Below, piece by piece: positions 62,750 through 64,000 of a DNA stretch of 64,000 bases. Under the pieces are notes generated by a model that was not told the DNA's origin, searched no databases, and worked only from the letters and a program-made list of their open reading frames with translations. Every line of letters begins with the position of its first letter. The first letter of the stretch is position 1. Source of the stretch: Microcoleus sp. GTDB taxonomy: Bacteria; Cyanobacteriota; Cyanobacteriia; Cyanobacteriales; Microcoleaceae. Both the position numbers and the translations under genes were made by a program. The stretch is from assembly GCA_052279835.1 (NCBI GenBank), contig CP181291.1, forward strand, positions 960,001 to 1,024,000, given 5' to 3'.

Positions 62750-63089
62750 TGAAAATTTTAATGGAGCCATATTGCGTGGGCTGGTGAGGCGTTTGCCTGA
62801 ATTGGATATTGTTCGTGTCCAAGATGTAGGGCTGATTCACACTGACGATCCAGATATTTTAGAATGGGCAGCTAATGAGGGACGCATCTTACTTACCCAT
62901 GATGTAGCCACTATTACGATGTATGCCTACGATCGAGTCAATCAAGGACTACCTATGCTTGGAGTTGTTGAGGTTATTGCAACAGCACCCATTGGTAAGA
63001 TAATTGATGATTTAGAACTATTTATTTGTTGCAGTCAGCCTGATGAATATGAAGGTCAAATTCTTTTCATCCCTTTCCCTATACTGTGA
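62733..63089 (+). CDS. DUF5615 family PIN-like toxin
   Basis: LLTDEN, DPDILEWA..GRILLTHD; TTG start overlaps DUF433. Confidence 0.85.
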   Translation: MRLLTDENFNGAILRGLVRRLPELDIVRVQDVGLIHTDDPDILEWAANEGRILLTHDVATITMYAYDRVNQGLPMLGVVEVIATAPIGKIIDDLELFICCSQPDEYEGQILFIPFPIL

Positions 63090-63128
63090 TTGGGTTAGAT
63101 AGTCGGTGGAATCTATCGTTTTAAAGCT

Positions 63129-63800
63129 ATGGCATTTGAATTTGACCATCTGTTTATCTTTACTGACATAGGCGCTAGTGAAGCCGATCGCCTCATCTCA
63201 TGGGGTTTAACGGAGGGAGCCTCTAGAATACATCGCGGACAAGGCACCGCCAATCGCAGTTTCTTTTTCCACAACGCCATGCTGGAATTGTTGTGGGTTC
63301 ACGCTCCCGAAGAGGCGAAATCCGCACAAATTCATCGCACTCGTCTTTGGGAGCGATGGACAAATCGGCAGAATTATGCCTGTCCGTTTGGGATTTGTTT
63401 GCGTCCTACCAGCGTTTCTGGCGATCGCATTGCATTTCCCAGTTGGGACTATCATCCACCTTATTTGCCGGAAACAATCAGTATTGCAGTAGCAACAAAT
63501 AGTGATATGTTAACCGAGCCAATGCTGTTCCAGATCCCATTTGGTAAACGTCCCGATCGATTCCCTGCCGAAAAAGCGCAGCCTCTAGAGCATCCTATTG
63601 GTTGGCGCGAAATCACTCGTGTCGAGTTAGTTAGTCCTGTAGCAAATAGTCGATCGCCAGAATTGCAAGCTGTACTTGATACCAAACAAATCAAGCTAAG
63701 TATGGGAACTGATTATTGCATTGAGCTTGGATTTGATGGAGAAGTACAGGGCCAGCAGATAGATTTGAGACCGGGATTGCCACTACTTTTAAGTTGGTAG
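63129..63800 (+). CDS. VOC/glyoxalase-like domain protein
   Basis: FDHLFI, HRGQGTANRSFFF..MLELL. Confidence 0.8.
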   Translation: MAFEFDHLFIFTDIGASEADRLISWGLTEGASRIHRGQGTANRSFFFHNAMLELLWVHAPEEAKSAQIHRTRLWERWTNRQNYACPFGICLRPTSVSGDRIAFPSWDYHPPYLPETISIAVATNSDMLTEPMLFQIPFGKRPDRFPAEKAQPLEHPIGWREITRVELVSPVANSRSPELQAVLDTKQIKLSMGTDYCIELGFDGEVQGQQIDLRPGLPLLLSW

Positions 63801-63880
63801 TAGATTTTAATTAAAAGTCTGATTATAAGATAACTAACTAAACACAGGTACACTAGATAGCGTGCCTGTGTCAGTCCTAG

Positions 63881-64000
63881 TTAAGCAAACTTAATCTTCA
63901 AATAATCATCCTCCATCTTCGCCCCGGAAGGTTGCAGCGCAGCTAAAGCTTGCGGCAATACCAAATTGCGACGGTGATTCCCAATCCGAACGTTCAACTC
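63881..64000 (-). CDS. C-terminus of an ArsA/GET3-family ATPase (HSP20-like domain), partial
   Basis: Manual translation [39 protein letters not shown]. Confidence 0.75.
   Translation of the reverse strand, partial: ELNVRIGNHRRNLVLPQALAALQPSGAKMEDDYLKIKFA

Overview
64-kb window of a filamentous cyanobacterial chromosome, probably Oscillatoriales/Microcoleus-like. The assignment rests on psbA, patD, a CAAD-bearing IleRS, very frequent HIP1 GCGATCGC sites and heptameric tandem repeats. Housekeeping blocks (ileS; deoC-recO-MFS-GT4; gpsA; relA/spoT; group-2 sigma factor; psbA; cofG; alpha-amylase; cpdA; tRNA-Cys) alternate with four accessory cassettes that look defence-related. (1) 0.2-7.3 kb: an HTH-STAND gene divergent from GIY-YIG, two vWA genes, PP2C-TPR, a Ser/Thr kinase and a Zn-ribbon/YbjN-like gene (an expanded TerY-P-like triad). 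(2) 13-15 kb: a restriction-modification-like module whose C5 methyltransferase is split across two nested reading frames, with a controller HTH, a palindromic operator and an HNH nuclease. (3) 40-44.9 kb: a paralogous HTH-STAND gene divergent from an uncharacterised operon of four related domains, an AAA+ ATPase and a membrane protein, abutting a truncated TA toxin. (4) 52.5-58.7 kb, right after tRNA-Cys: NurA-like nuclease, HerA ATPase, DNA methyltransferase and an AlbA_2/Schlafen-like protein. The window also holds a TnpB element, TA modules, four Uma2 genes and many small repeats. Three genes appear frameshifted near their 3' ends, which may be sequencing errors. All family assignments come from motif reading, not database searches.
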